Shown here: positions 28,868-36,953 of the stretch, piece by piece
Layout of the letters: each line of letters begins with the position of its first letter
Numbering within the stretch: the stretch's first letter is position 1
From: Abditibacteriaceae bacterium
Lineage (GTDB): Bacteria > Armatimonadota > Abditibacteriia > Abditibacteriales > Abditibacteriaceae
NCBI GenBank assembly: GCA_965277285.1
Contig: OZ255721.1
Location: forward strand, 832,001-896,000
Length of the DNA stretch: 64,000 nt
Reading direction: 5' to 3'
Made by a program: the position numbers and the translations under genes
Notes under the pieces: generated by a model
The model's database searches: none
What the model was told of the DNA's origin: nothing
The model's input: the letters and a program-made list of their open reading frames with translations, nothing else

Positions 28868-31219
28868 TTATCCCAGTTGACGCCACTTCTTCACGGCGTT
28901 GAATAATTGATCGCGTCCGCGCAACGTCGTTGCAATTTTGGCGCGTCGTGCCTGGCGACGATTGGAAGAATAGCGGCCACCCAGCCAATTGGAAACGAGA
29001 CGCGCGCGATGACGCCATGAATCGCTCATCAGCAGGAAAAAGCCCTGGCGCACCCACACATCGTCTTCATAAGCGAAGCGAATCTTCCCGAACGCATGAC
29101 GTCGCGCGACACTTTCCATCTTCTGCTGGCGCTTGTCGCGTGGCGCGTGAGCCAGAAAGCTGGCCGGAATAGGCAGCGAAAGTTCCTCGCACAAAACGTG
29201 AAACGGAACCCAGAAACCGCGATTGATGCCGGTTTTTTGCACCCATTGTTGGATGCGATTCCATTCGATAGTTGGAAAACGTTCGAGCAGCCACAATACG
29301 TCCCACGCGGTTTTCAAACCGTGGGCGAACAAATGTCCCGACAAGTGCAGAACACTATGCAGCAGCATTCCCTCGGCGTCTAAGACAAACAAACCTTTCC
29401 AGGCATCGCTTTGCAAAGGTCGCGCGCGCTGCAGCATTTCAGGTTCGGGTAGGCCGAATGTCGCATCCATGATGCGCTGATGAATCTCGATCAGAACGCC
29501 GTTATAAGTCATCGGCGGCAATTCGCGCAGCAAAGTAATATCGCCATCGTCTTCGCCCGCGCGTTCAAAACCCATTTGCAGCAATTTATCGCGCACGGAA
29601 GTCGCTTTATCGGGCGTGATCAACACATCGACATCGCAGCAGGAACGCGTGCCGACACGTTTCGCGTCAGCGACATTCGAGTACTCGATATTGGCGGTGT
29701 CGCGCTCATAATCGAGCGCCATCATCGCGGTGCCTTTGAGCAAAACGCCGCGCGTCCCAACCTCGCGGCACGCCTGCGCGATGTGGCGCAAGGCTTCGCG
29801 CTGCAAGCTGGCGCGCAAACTCTCAGTCAAGCCTTGGCGATACAATTTTTCGATAAAGAACGGCGGCGCCCAGCGCGACAAAGCGCGTTCTTTCAAGGCG
29901 TTTTGCAAAGGAATCGACAATCCGCAGCGCATCAAATGCACGGCGTGCTGGTTCCAGTCGAAGTCGGCGCGACCCCAAATGCGCTCCGCTTCATGCGCCC
30001 ACGCCGACGCCGGTTCGAGCATAGAGCGCAGAAACAAGCGACAGGCGCCAATTGTATTGATGTAATCGCGCTCCAACTCGCCGCCGCAAGTTTGTTCGGC
30101 TTTCATCACGCGCTGCGCGGCGAAACGTTCGGCTACGAAGCGCGGCTGCGACAAGCGTGCGCTCAGCGCCTTCATCGCTTCGGGTTGCGAAGTCAAATGC
30201 AAGCACAAATCGCACATTCCGCTGTAGCCGTCGCGCAGTTCAACGCTCAGTTCCGGCATTTTCTCGATTTCGTGGCGCAGGCGCGCTGGCCCAAACGTGC
30301 GAATCGTCTCCAAAATCGGGTCGGTGCGATGCTTTTCTGCCAACTCTTCCAGCGAGTTTTCCTTCAACGAACCCACGAATAAAGGCGAATCAGTCGCAGA
30401 AAAATAAGATGGGCCGTTGCAGGCCGTCATGCGCCCATCGTCGGTGATGGCGGGAACGCAGCATGCCGTACAAAAGCCGCCGCATTCCTTGCGCAAATCG
30501 TCGCGCGGAATGTCGCGTGCACGTCCGACCGCCTGCACATCGTAAAAACGCATTTGTGGTTTGGTCATGCCATCGAAAGGCGCCACCAAATCGGCTAAGT
30601 CGTCGCCTGCTTCGCGCGTAAAGTTGATGCTGAGTACCATCGGCAATACGTTCTCTTCAACGGCGCGCGCGATATTGACGGCGGGTTCCGGCCCTTGAAA
30701 CTCGGCATGATAACGGTCGTAACTGACTGTCATACGCGTGACGCCCGCATCGGACAACGCTTTGGTTTTTTGCCGCGCGACTTCGGGGTTTTTGCCCCAG
30801 AAACCGTTGGTCGTCAGCGTGGCGAACATGCCCAACGCGCGAACTTCAGCCAGTATTCGCATCACCAAGTCTTCGCGCAGCATCGGTTCGCCGCCCGTCA
30901 ATTGGAAGACCTCGACGCCCATTTTGGCCGCATCGCGCACCAACTGCAACAATTCTTCGTCCGTCGGTTGGCCTTGCACGCGCGGCCCGCTTTCGACGCT
31001 GCAATGCGCGCACGCCATATTGCAACGCCTCGTCAACATGATGGCCATCACGCGCGCGCCTTTTCTAATCGCGTCGTCTTCGTCCGACATCAACAACGTG
31101 ACGCGATTCGGCTCGCGCATCACTGACGTGGCGCTTTTTGATTCCAAGGCAATAAACGAATTTGGCGCCGTGAAATCGGATTTGGTGGACGGCGATTGCA
31201 TTTCGAGCGACGTTTTCAT
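28868..31219 (-). CDS. radical SAM (Twitch/SPASM-like) enzyme fused to a C-terminal nucleotidyltransferase domain
   Basis: CNMACAHC, TGGEPML, TTNGFW, SYDRYH; Cys cluster CTACC..TACNG..MCDLC; LLKGTA..R..DVDVLI, IEIH. Confidence 0.88.
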   Translation of the reverse strand: MKTSLEMQSPSTKSDFTAPNSFIALESKSATSVMREPNRVTLLMSDEDDAIRKGARVMAIMLTRRCNMACAHCSVESGPRVQGQPTDEELLQLVRDAAKMGVEVFQLTGGEPMLREDLVMRILAEVRALGMFATLTTNGFWGKNPEVARQKTKALSDAGVTRMTVSYDRYHAEFQGPEPAVNIARAVEENVLPMVLSINFTREAGDDLADLVAPFDGMTKPQMRFYDVQAVGRARDIPRDDLRKECGGFCTACCVPAITDDGRMTACNGPSYFSATDSPLFVGSLKENSLEELAEKHRTDPILETIRTFGPARLRHEIEKMPELSVELRDGYSGMCDLCLHLTSQPEAMKALSARLSQPRFVAERFAAQRVMKAEQTCGGELERDYINTIGACRLFLRSMLEPASAWAHEAERIWGRADFDWNQHAVHLMRCGLSIPLQNALKERALSRWAPPFFIEKLYRQGLTESLRASLQREALRHIAQACREVGTRGVLLKGTAMMALDYERDTANIEYSNVADAKRVGTRSCCDVDVLITPDKATSVRDKLLQMGFERAGEDDGDITLLRELPPMTYNGVLIEIHQRIMDATFGLPEPEMLQRARPLQSDAWKGLFVLDAEGMLLHSVLHLSGHLFAHGLKTAWDVLWLLERFPTIEWNRIQQWVQKTGINRGFWVPFHVLCEELSLPIPASFLAHAPRDKRQQKMESVARRHAFGKIRFAYEDDVWVRQGFFLLMSDSWRHRARLVSNWLGGRYSSNRRQARRAKIATTLRGRDQLFNAVKKWRQLG

Positions 31220-31268
31220 AATTGTTCTCGCAAGGATTTCATGGTCAGCGATTCAGTTCGTGAACGAT

Positions 31269-32288
31269 TCAGTTCGTGCGCGATTTGACTGTCAGCGCTT
31301 CGACGGCTGCCACCATTTGCGCCAATTCGCCGCGCTCCAGCGCATAAAGCGGAACGCGCGCTGCCAAAGGTGCAATTTTCGGCAAGGCCGCGCCCCAATC
31401 GAGTACTCGATACGGATTTGGCATCGTCTCACTATTATCACGCGGCAACAAGGTGCAATAAGGCAAAAGCGTGATCGCAGCGCGCGCCGGATTACAACGT
31501 TGCGCTTGCACGATCGCCTTTTTCGTCGCCACGTCGTCGATGCGTCCCAAAAAAAGCATTGCGTCGATTGTTATGGCATCGCGTTTTGGAGCGCCCGTTT
31601 TCTCGTCAACTTCATGCGGATGAAAAATCCAGCCTTCGCTTGTCGGCGCGGAAGACGGTGCGTTTTGAATGCGTTGCCAAACCTCTTCGCCCAACAAAGC
31701 GCGGCTGCCGTTGCGCAACGAAACACGCCGTGCCGCTGGCCAGACTTTATTTTCGCCCTGAATAAAACAGAAATCGTCGGACGCGATTGTCCAGCCGTTC
31801 TGCCACAGCGCGCACGTCAACGTCGATTTTCCGGCTTCGCTCGGCCCGACAACGAGCAGGCCAAAACCATTTTTGCTCAACAACGCGCCGTGCATCGCAA
31901 AAAGCGAATCTGGCGCGGAATTGATCGCATTCTCGCTTTTGATGAATGCTACCAATTCCTGCACAATCGAGTACTCGATATGCGTCAAGGCGCGATTGGT
32001 GGTTGCGATTTCAAGAGTTGTAGCTGTCTCGAGATGACGAACCTGCCACATCTCGGAATTGTCTTCAACGCGTTCCACGCTCCAGCGCGAAGTTGCGAAG
32101 GAAGCTGGCAACTTTTGAGAACAAGATGATAGCGGCGCGAAAAGAAGACGCGCGCTCTCTAACATTTCGGTATCTGAAGAAGACACTTCGCACAACAATG
32201 GCAAAACTGCCAGCGGCTGCCAACGCAACGTTTGAGAACGATCTTGCTGATCGCTGGGCAAAGGTGTGGGAAGGGTTGCAGCGTTCAC
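31269..32288 (-). CDS. HPr kinase/phosphorylase-related P-loop kinase
   Basis: MHGALL..GLLVVGPSEAGKSTL..GWTIASDD. Confidence 0.85.
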   Translation of the reverse strand: MNAATLPTPLPSDQQDRSQTLRWQPLAVLPLLCEVSSSDTEMLESARLLFAPLSSCSQKLPASFATSRWSVERVEDNSEMWQVRHLETATTLEIATTNRALTHIEYSIVQELVAFIKSENAINSAPDSLFAMHGALLSKNGFGLLVVGPSEAGKSTLTCALWQNGWTIASDDFCFIQGENKVWPAARRVSLRNGSRALLGEEVWQRIQNAPSSAPTSEGWIFHPHEVDEKTGAPKRDAITIDAMLFLGRIDDVATKKAIVQAQRCNPARAAITLLPYCTLLPRDNSETMPNPYRVLDWGAALPKIAPLAARVPLYALERGELAQMVAAVEALTVKSRTN

Positions 32289-32334
32289 GAAGAAAGATTA
32301 TGCGAAGAAAAGACGGCAAGAAGACGGCTGGTAA

Positions 32335-32616
32335 TTACGGTTCTTGAAGCAAAAGTTGCTGCTGCAACAATTCGCGCAGGCAGTTTTCGACATCGGCTTG
32401 CAACTGCGCGGCTTCAACTTGCGGAAATCGGGTTTGCAAACTTTGCGCGAGTTGATCGGCGCTGTGCGGCGTCTTCAACTGCTTCCATAAAAAGGCGCCG
32501 GTGGGATTGAGCACGACGGCTTTACGCGAAACGTTGTCGTAAAGCACGGCGCGATCACCCACCGACGATGTTTCGACCGAAGAACTTTGGCTGTAAAGCA
32601 TAAAATCGAAAGTCAA
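32335..32616 (-). CDS. PqqD-family RiPP recognition element (start TTG 32616 or ATG 32601)
   Basis: AVLYD..VVLNPTGAFLWKQL..DQLAQSL..F..LQADVENCLRELLQQQLL. Confidence 0.9.
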   Translation of the reverse strand: MTFDFMLYSQSSSVETSSVGDRAVLYDNVSRKAVVLNPTGAFLWKQLKTPHSADQLAQSLQTRFPQVEAAQLQADVENCLRELLQQQLLLQEP

Positions 32617-32780
32617 GCGAGTTGGGCGCCGCTCGGTGCCTGAATTCCAGCGTAAGCGACTTCGCGCTCTAAGTCTTCGTGCGTCAAAACGCTTTCGATG
32701 CGTGGCGCTTCATAGCCGGCGCGCAGAGCAACGCTTTGTTCTTCAGAAGACTGATCCAACTCGACGTTGAAGGTGTTCAT
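32613..32780 (-). CDS. putative RiPP precursor peptide C (55 aa)
   Basis: Manual translation MNTFNVELDQSSEEQSVALRAGYEAPRIESVLTHEDLEREVAYAGIQAPSGAQLA; GGAG RBS. Confidence 0.88.
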   Translation of the reverse strand: MNTFNVELDQSSEEQSVALRAGYEAPRIESVLTHEDLEREVAYAGIQAPSGAQLA

Positions 32781-32837
32781 CGTTTTCTCCCGGTCAAAAT
32801 TGACACGAATTTTGGTTAGACGCGCAGGAAAGCAAGA

Positions 32838-32999
32838 TTAGGCAAGAGCAACGCCGGAACCTGCAACTCCGCCGGCATAAGCGACTTCGCGCTCCAAGTC
32901 TTCGGGCGTCAAAACGCTTTCAATGCGCGGCGCTTCGTATGAGGAATCGGCAACCGCTTCGGTGACAGGGACTTGAATTTCGGCGATTTGCGTGTTCAT
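32838..32999 (-). CDS. putative RiPP precursor peptide B (53 aa)
   Basis: Manual translation MNTQIAEIQVPVTEAVADSSYEAPRIESVLTPEDLEREVAYAGGVAGSGVALA; GGAG RBS. Confidence 0.88.
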   Translation of the reverse strand: MNTQIAEIQVPVTEAVADSSYEAPRIESVLTPEDLEREVAYAGGVAGSGVALA

Positions 33000-33074
33000 G
33001 CGATTTCTCCGTACAAGTTATTTAAAATCACAACCGGAATGGTTGAGCTGTGATAATTTGCAAATCTTTGCTGA

Positions 33075-33233
33075 TTAAGTAGTTACCTGAGACGGCTGAG
33101 AGGTACCCGCATAAGCGACCTCGCGCTCCAGCGTTTCAGGTGTTAAAACCTCTTCTACGCGCGGCGCTTCATATTCAGCGACGTTTGGCGTCTGGGACTG
33201 GTCGGTATTTGGCGTCTGCAATTCGGAATTCAT
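33075..33233 (-). CDS. putative RiPP precursor peptide A (52 aa)
   Basis: Manual translation MNSELQTPNTDQSQTPNVAEYEAPRVEEVLTPETLEREVAYAGTSQPSQVTT; GAGGAG RBS. Confidence 0.88.
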   Translation of the reverse strand: MNSELQTPNTDQSQTPNVAEYEAPRVEEVLTPETLEREVAYAGTSQPSQVTT

Positions 33234-33457
33234 GTGATTCTCTCCTCAAGGTGGTGTCAATAGAACGGTGTGAACGCTTGTTTGCGTAGCCGTTGCGCGC
33301 AGTATAACTGCAGCACGTCGCGCTTCACAATGGCTTATTTGAAAGTTCTGCAACGCGTCCGCAAATTTGGTTAAACTGAGCCGCCGCAAGCGACTTTTCG
33401 TAACGATTTTCAGGACGCTTCATACGTTGGAGAACGTCTTCAGGAACTTCTTATTCC

Positions 33458-34195
33458 ATGAGTACTGCTCAAATTCACATTACGCTTAAACCGGCTTTGC
33501 TCGATACGCAAGGCACCACCGTTTTGAAAGCCTTGCGCCAGTTGGGACACGACAGCGTGCGCGACGTGCGCATCGGCAAATTAGTCGAAGTGCAACTCGA
33601 TGACACGCTGCCCGCCGCGCAACAACAGGCCGAAATCGAAACCATGTGCCGCCAACTGCTCGCCAATCCCGTCATCGAAGACTTCAGCATCGTTTTGAGC
33701 GATCCGACAGCCGCCAACGGACAGTCGAGTACTCGAAACGCTTCGCAAACCGTTGTTCCAACCGTCGTAACAACAGCGACAACGCTTCCCAGCACGACCT
33801 TTGCGCCCGCTTCTTCCGTGACGGAAACCACGCAAACCGCTTCGCCGACCAACCCGATTGTCAACGTCGTGCCAGCGCTGATGCCGGTTTCCAACGTCGA
33901 ACCTTTGGGCAGCGAACCGACGGCGATTGCCGAACCTTTTGCGGTTTCCTATCTCACTTACGGCGCGATGACATCGGACGAACAACTCGATTTACAAGGC
34001 CGCGCCTGGAACCTGCACGGCGCCGCCATTATGAACGAACTGAACACGCTGCGCGCCGCTTGGCTCGTCTGGTGCGGCAATCGAGTACTCAATAGCGGCG
34101 CCACTTTGGATTCGCTGCCGACCGATGCGCAACTCGCCGCCTGGGGCACACAAACCGATCTTGTGCCCTTCGTTTTCACACGGCCACCAGCTTAA
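33458..34195 (+). CDS. purS: phosphoribosylformylglycinamidine synthase subunit PurS with about 165 aa C-terminal extension
   Basis: LKPALLDTQG, VRIGK, LLANPVIEDF in the first 80 aa. Confidence 0.9.
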   Translation: MSTAQIHITLKPALLDTQGTTVLKALRQLGHDSVRDVRIGKLVEVQLDDTLPAAQQQAEIETMCRQLLANPVIEDFSIVLSDPTAANGQSSTRNASQTVVPTVVTTATTLPSTTFAPASSVTETTQTASPTNPIVNVVPALMPVSNVEPLGSEPTAIAEPFAVSYLTYGAMTSDEQLDLQGRAWNLHGAAIMNELNTLRAAWLVWCGNRVLNSGATLDSLPTDAQLAAWGTQTDLVPFVFTRPPA

Positions 34196-34204
34196 CGACA
34201 AGGT

Positions 34205-34317
34205 GAAAGCAATGAGGAATGAGCGATGAGTAGGTAACGCAAATTGCAAACATCGAGTACTCGATTTGTCATTCGCGGCGAACACTCATTGCTCAATCCT
34301 CATCGCTCATCGCTTTC
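34205..34317. repeat. inverted heptamer-repeat arms (ATGAGxx / xxCTCAT) flanking a TCGAGTACTCGA palindrome
   Basis: gaaagcaatgaggaatgagcgatgagt ... actcattgctcaatcctcatcgctcatcgctttc. Confidence 0.65.
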
Positions 34318-34324
34318 TACTCTT

Positions 34325-35113
34325 ATGCACTTTGGAATCATCGTCTTTCCCGGCACCAACTGCGAGCTCGATTGCGCGCACGTCATCGTCGATGTTTTAG
34401 GTCATACTGCCGCGCTCGTGTGGCATGAAGAAACCGATCTTTCGACCTTCGACGCCGTGATTTTGCCCGGCGGTTTCGCACATGGCGATTATCTGCGCAC
34501 TGGCGCGATTGCGCGTTTTTCGCCCGTGATGGATTCGGTCGCGCAATTTGCGAGTCTGGGCAAACCTGTCATCGGCATCTGCAACGGCTTTCAAATTTTA
34601 TGCGAAGCCGGACTTCTGCCCGGCGTTTTGCGGCGCAACCGCGAGCAGCATTTCATTTGTCGCGTCAATGCAACGGTTCGCATCGAAAACAACGCCAATC
34701 AGTTTTTACATTTGGCGCAAGTCGGCAATGTCCTGCACATGCCGATTCGTCATGGCGAAGGTTCCTATTACGCGGACGCCGACACACTCGCGCGCTTGGA
34801 AGCCAACGGCCAGGTTCTGCTGCGTTATTGTGACGCCAGCGGCACCATCTCCGACGCCGCGAACTCAAATGGCAGCGTTAACAACATCGCGGGAATTACC
34901 AACGAAGACGGCACCGTTTTTGGCTTGATGCCACATCCCGAAGCCGCCAGCGAGCCAATTTTAGGCAGCGCCGATGGCTTACTGATTTTCCGCTCGATGG
35001 TGACACGTTTCGGTGATGCGCAGCCGATTTCCGGCGATGGCGGCTTTTTCAACACCAACGCCGATCCGCTGGGAAGTTTGGCGGTTGGACGAGAAGCGAC
35101 ACAGGATTTTTAA
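34325..35113 (+). CDS. purQ: phosphoribosylformylglycinamidine synthase subunit PurQ
   Basis: FPGTNC, PGGFAHGDYLR, GICNGFQ, GLMPHPE. Confidence 0.97.
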   Translation: MHFGIIVFPGTNCELDCAHVIVDVLGHTAALVWHEETDLSTFDAVILPGGFAHGDYLRTGAIARFSPVMDSVAQFASLGKPVIGICNGFQILCEAGLLPGVLRRNREQHFICRVNATVRIENNANQFLHLAQVGNVLHMPIRHGEGSYYADADTLARLEANGQVLLRYCDASGTISDAANSNGSVNNIAGITNEDGTVFGLMPHPEAASEPILGSADGLLIFRSMVTRFGDAQPISGDGGFFNTNADPLGSLAVGREATQDF

Positions 35114-35214
35114 ATTCACCGTGAAGAGCGCGAAAGAAAAATCGAGTACTCGAAACTGAAGATGTGTCATTCTGAGAGGTTGAGAACAAAGAGCCAAAAA
35201 CGCTTGTAAGTGGA

Positions 35215-35288
35215 AGTTTGTCATTCTGAGCGCAGCGAAGAATCTACACCCGACGCCAGATTCTTCGCTGCGCTCAGAATGACAAACT
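35215..35288. repeat. REP-like inverted repeat, family B (GTCATTCTGAGCGCAGCGAAGAATCT)
   Basis: Perfect arms of about 31 bp; second copy at 49073-49136. Confidence 0.85.
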
Positions 35289-35360
35289 ATGAGTTTGGCC
35301 ACTTTCCCCTGTTTTCGCCTTTTTTTCTGCGTCTTCGCGTCTCTGCGGTCTAAAATTACC

Positions 35361-35771
35361 ATGGCGATGTGGCTGCTCAAAACCGAACCTTCCGTTTATT
35401 CCTACGACGATTTAGAACGCGACAGGCAAACCGTTTGGGACGGTGTGACCAATAACGCGGCTTTGAAGAACATTCGCCAGATAAAAGAAGGTGACCGCGC
35501 GCTGATTTATCACAGCGGCGACGAACGCGCGATTATCGGTTTGGCTGAGGTGGTTCGCGGATTTTACGTCGATCCCGCAGGCGACGACGAGAAGTTAGCG
35601 GTTTGCGACGTGCGTTCGAGTACGCGATTGAAAAAGCCGGTGACATTGGCGCAAATCAAGGCGCATCCCGACTTGCAAAATTGGGAATTGGTGCGGCAAT
35701 CGCGGCTTTCAGTGCTTCCAGTTTCAGAAGAACAATGGCAAATCGTGCGCGCGATGAGCGAAGCCGTTTGA
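35361..35771 (+). CDS. EVE domain-containing protein
   Basis: WLLKTEP, WDGVTN, GDRALIYHS, RQSRLSV. Confidence 0.92.
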   Translation: MAMWLLKTEPSVYSYDDLERDRQTVWDGVTNNAALKNIRQIKEGDRALIYHSGDERAIIGLAEVVRGFYVDPAGDDEKLAVCDVRSSTRLKKPVTLAQIKAHPDLQNWELVRQSRLSVLPVSEEQWQIVRAMSEAV

Positions 35772-35777
35772 GGTGAA

Positions 35778-36401
35778 ATGATGGCGACAAAAATTCAAGC
35801 GAAAACCACATCGAGTACTCGAATCAAAGCGCCGCGTGTTCGCCGCGACAATTTTGTTCTCACCGATTACAAAATGACGGTCGAGCAATGGGCGGCGATG
35901 CCTGATGTCAAGCCGCGCTACGAATTGATAGAGGGAAGGCTTGTTCAGAAGATGACGACAACATCAAAACACGCTTGGACAGTCGGACGATTGCTGGCAG
36001 CCTTCACGCGATGGGGCGACGATTTGGGCTGGATGTTTTTTCCCGAAGGCGTTGGAATTAGCCTGGGGCAGAACGACGGTGCAGTTGCCGATGTCGTGGG
36101 ATTCGCACCCGGCGCGCAACTTCACGCCGAAGAAACGTACTTTTCCGCCGTCCCGTTTCTGGTGGTCGAAGTTGTTTCGCGCAGCACGGCCAAGCGCGAC
36201 CGCAACGACAAGAAAATCGGTTACGCTCGAATTGGCGTTCAACTTTATCTCATCGCCGATCCCGACAAAAAGACGCTGGAAGTTTTCACTCTGAAAGATG
36301 GCAAGTATGGCGCGCCTCGAGTACTCGAAAGCGGCGAATCGTGGCAGCCGAGCGAACTGAATGGTTTGACGATTGAAGTCGAAACCTTGTGGATGAAATA
36401 A
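35778..36401 (+). CDS. Uma2-family (PD-(D/E)xK) endonuclease-like protein
   Basis: RYELIEG, H, ADV, LVVEVVSRSTAKRD..K..YARIGV..Y.IADP. Confidence 0.88.
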   Translation: MMATKIQAKTTSSTRIKAPRVRRDNFVLTDYKMTVEQWAAMPDVKPRYELIEGRLVQKMTTTSKHAWTVGRLLAAFTRWGDDLGWMFFPEGVGISLGQNDGAVADVVGFAPGAQLHAEETYFSAVPFLVVEVVSRSTAKRDRNDKKIGYARIGVQLYLIADPDKKTLEVFTLKDGKYGAPRVLESGESWQPSELNGLTIEVETLWMK

Positions 36402-36404
36402 GTT

Positions 36405-36881
36405 ATGCAAAACAACTCGCCGTTTTCTGCGCCGCCTCCGATTCCAACGCCCGACGGCAACCTTCCGCCGCTGCAACCGCGCGACATGACAATGAATCGC
36501 AGTGATTGGAAAACTGCGCCATCCATTGTGCGCGGCTGGGCTTATCCGTTGACGTGGCTGGGAATCGTGATTTTGCCATTTGCTATCTTAGGTACGATGG
36601 CGCTTATCAGCCGCGCTGGCGCTATGGCCATTTTGCTACTGAGCTTTTTTGTGGCGTTGTTTGCTGCCGACATCTGGCTCAATCGAAATTTCAAGAAAGG
36701 CACGCCCGCCGCTTGGACGCTGCAAATCGTTTTATCGAGTTTGTCCATAATAGGTTTGCCAATCAGCTTGCTCACGCGTGGCGGCAACCCGATTGGCGGC
36801 GTAGTCGGCTTCCTCATTCACGCTTATCTCTTGTCGCAATGGTTCAAACCGGAAACCAAAGCCTGGTTCGGCAAAAGCTGA
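36405..36881 (+). CDS. hypothetical membrane protein
   Basis: Pro-rich N-terminus, four TM segments, KAWF C-terminus. Confidence 0.7.
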   Translation: MQNNSPFSAPPPIPTPDGNLPPLQPRDMTMNRSDWKTAPSIVRGWAYPLTWLGIVILPFAILGTMALISRAGAMAILLLSFFVALFAADIWLNRNFKKGTPAAWTLQIVLSSLSIIGLPISLLTRGGNPIGGVVGFLIHAYLLSQWFKPETKAWFGKS

Positions 36882-36953
36882 CTATCGAGTACTCGAAATG
36901 CGCAACGCTCGGGCTTGATTGTCAAGCCCCTACAGAATTATCACTAAACAATT

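Noticed and set aside
30738..32129. 463 aa plus-strand ORF, and other long shadow ORFs such as 58717-60240 and 46347-47879
   Set aside because: They are antisense to well-supported genes and have no recognisable motifs; typical GC-rich shadow ORFs
28868..33233. Lasso peptide cluster
   Set aside because: The YxxP leader, RRE, kinase and NTase resemble paeninodin-type loci, but there is no cyclase or B2 protease, no Thr at -2 before a suitable core, and no Asp/Glu in the tails
32335..33233. PQQ biosynthesis operon
   Set aside because: The peptides lack the PqqA context, and pqqB and pqqC are absent
32613..33233. CRISPR array or non-coding tandem repeat
   Set aside because: The three repeats differ at synonymous positions, each has an RBS, start and stop, and no cas genes are present
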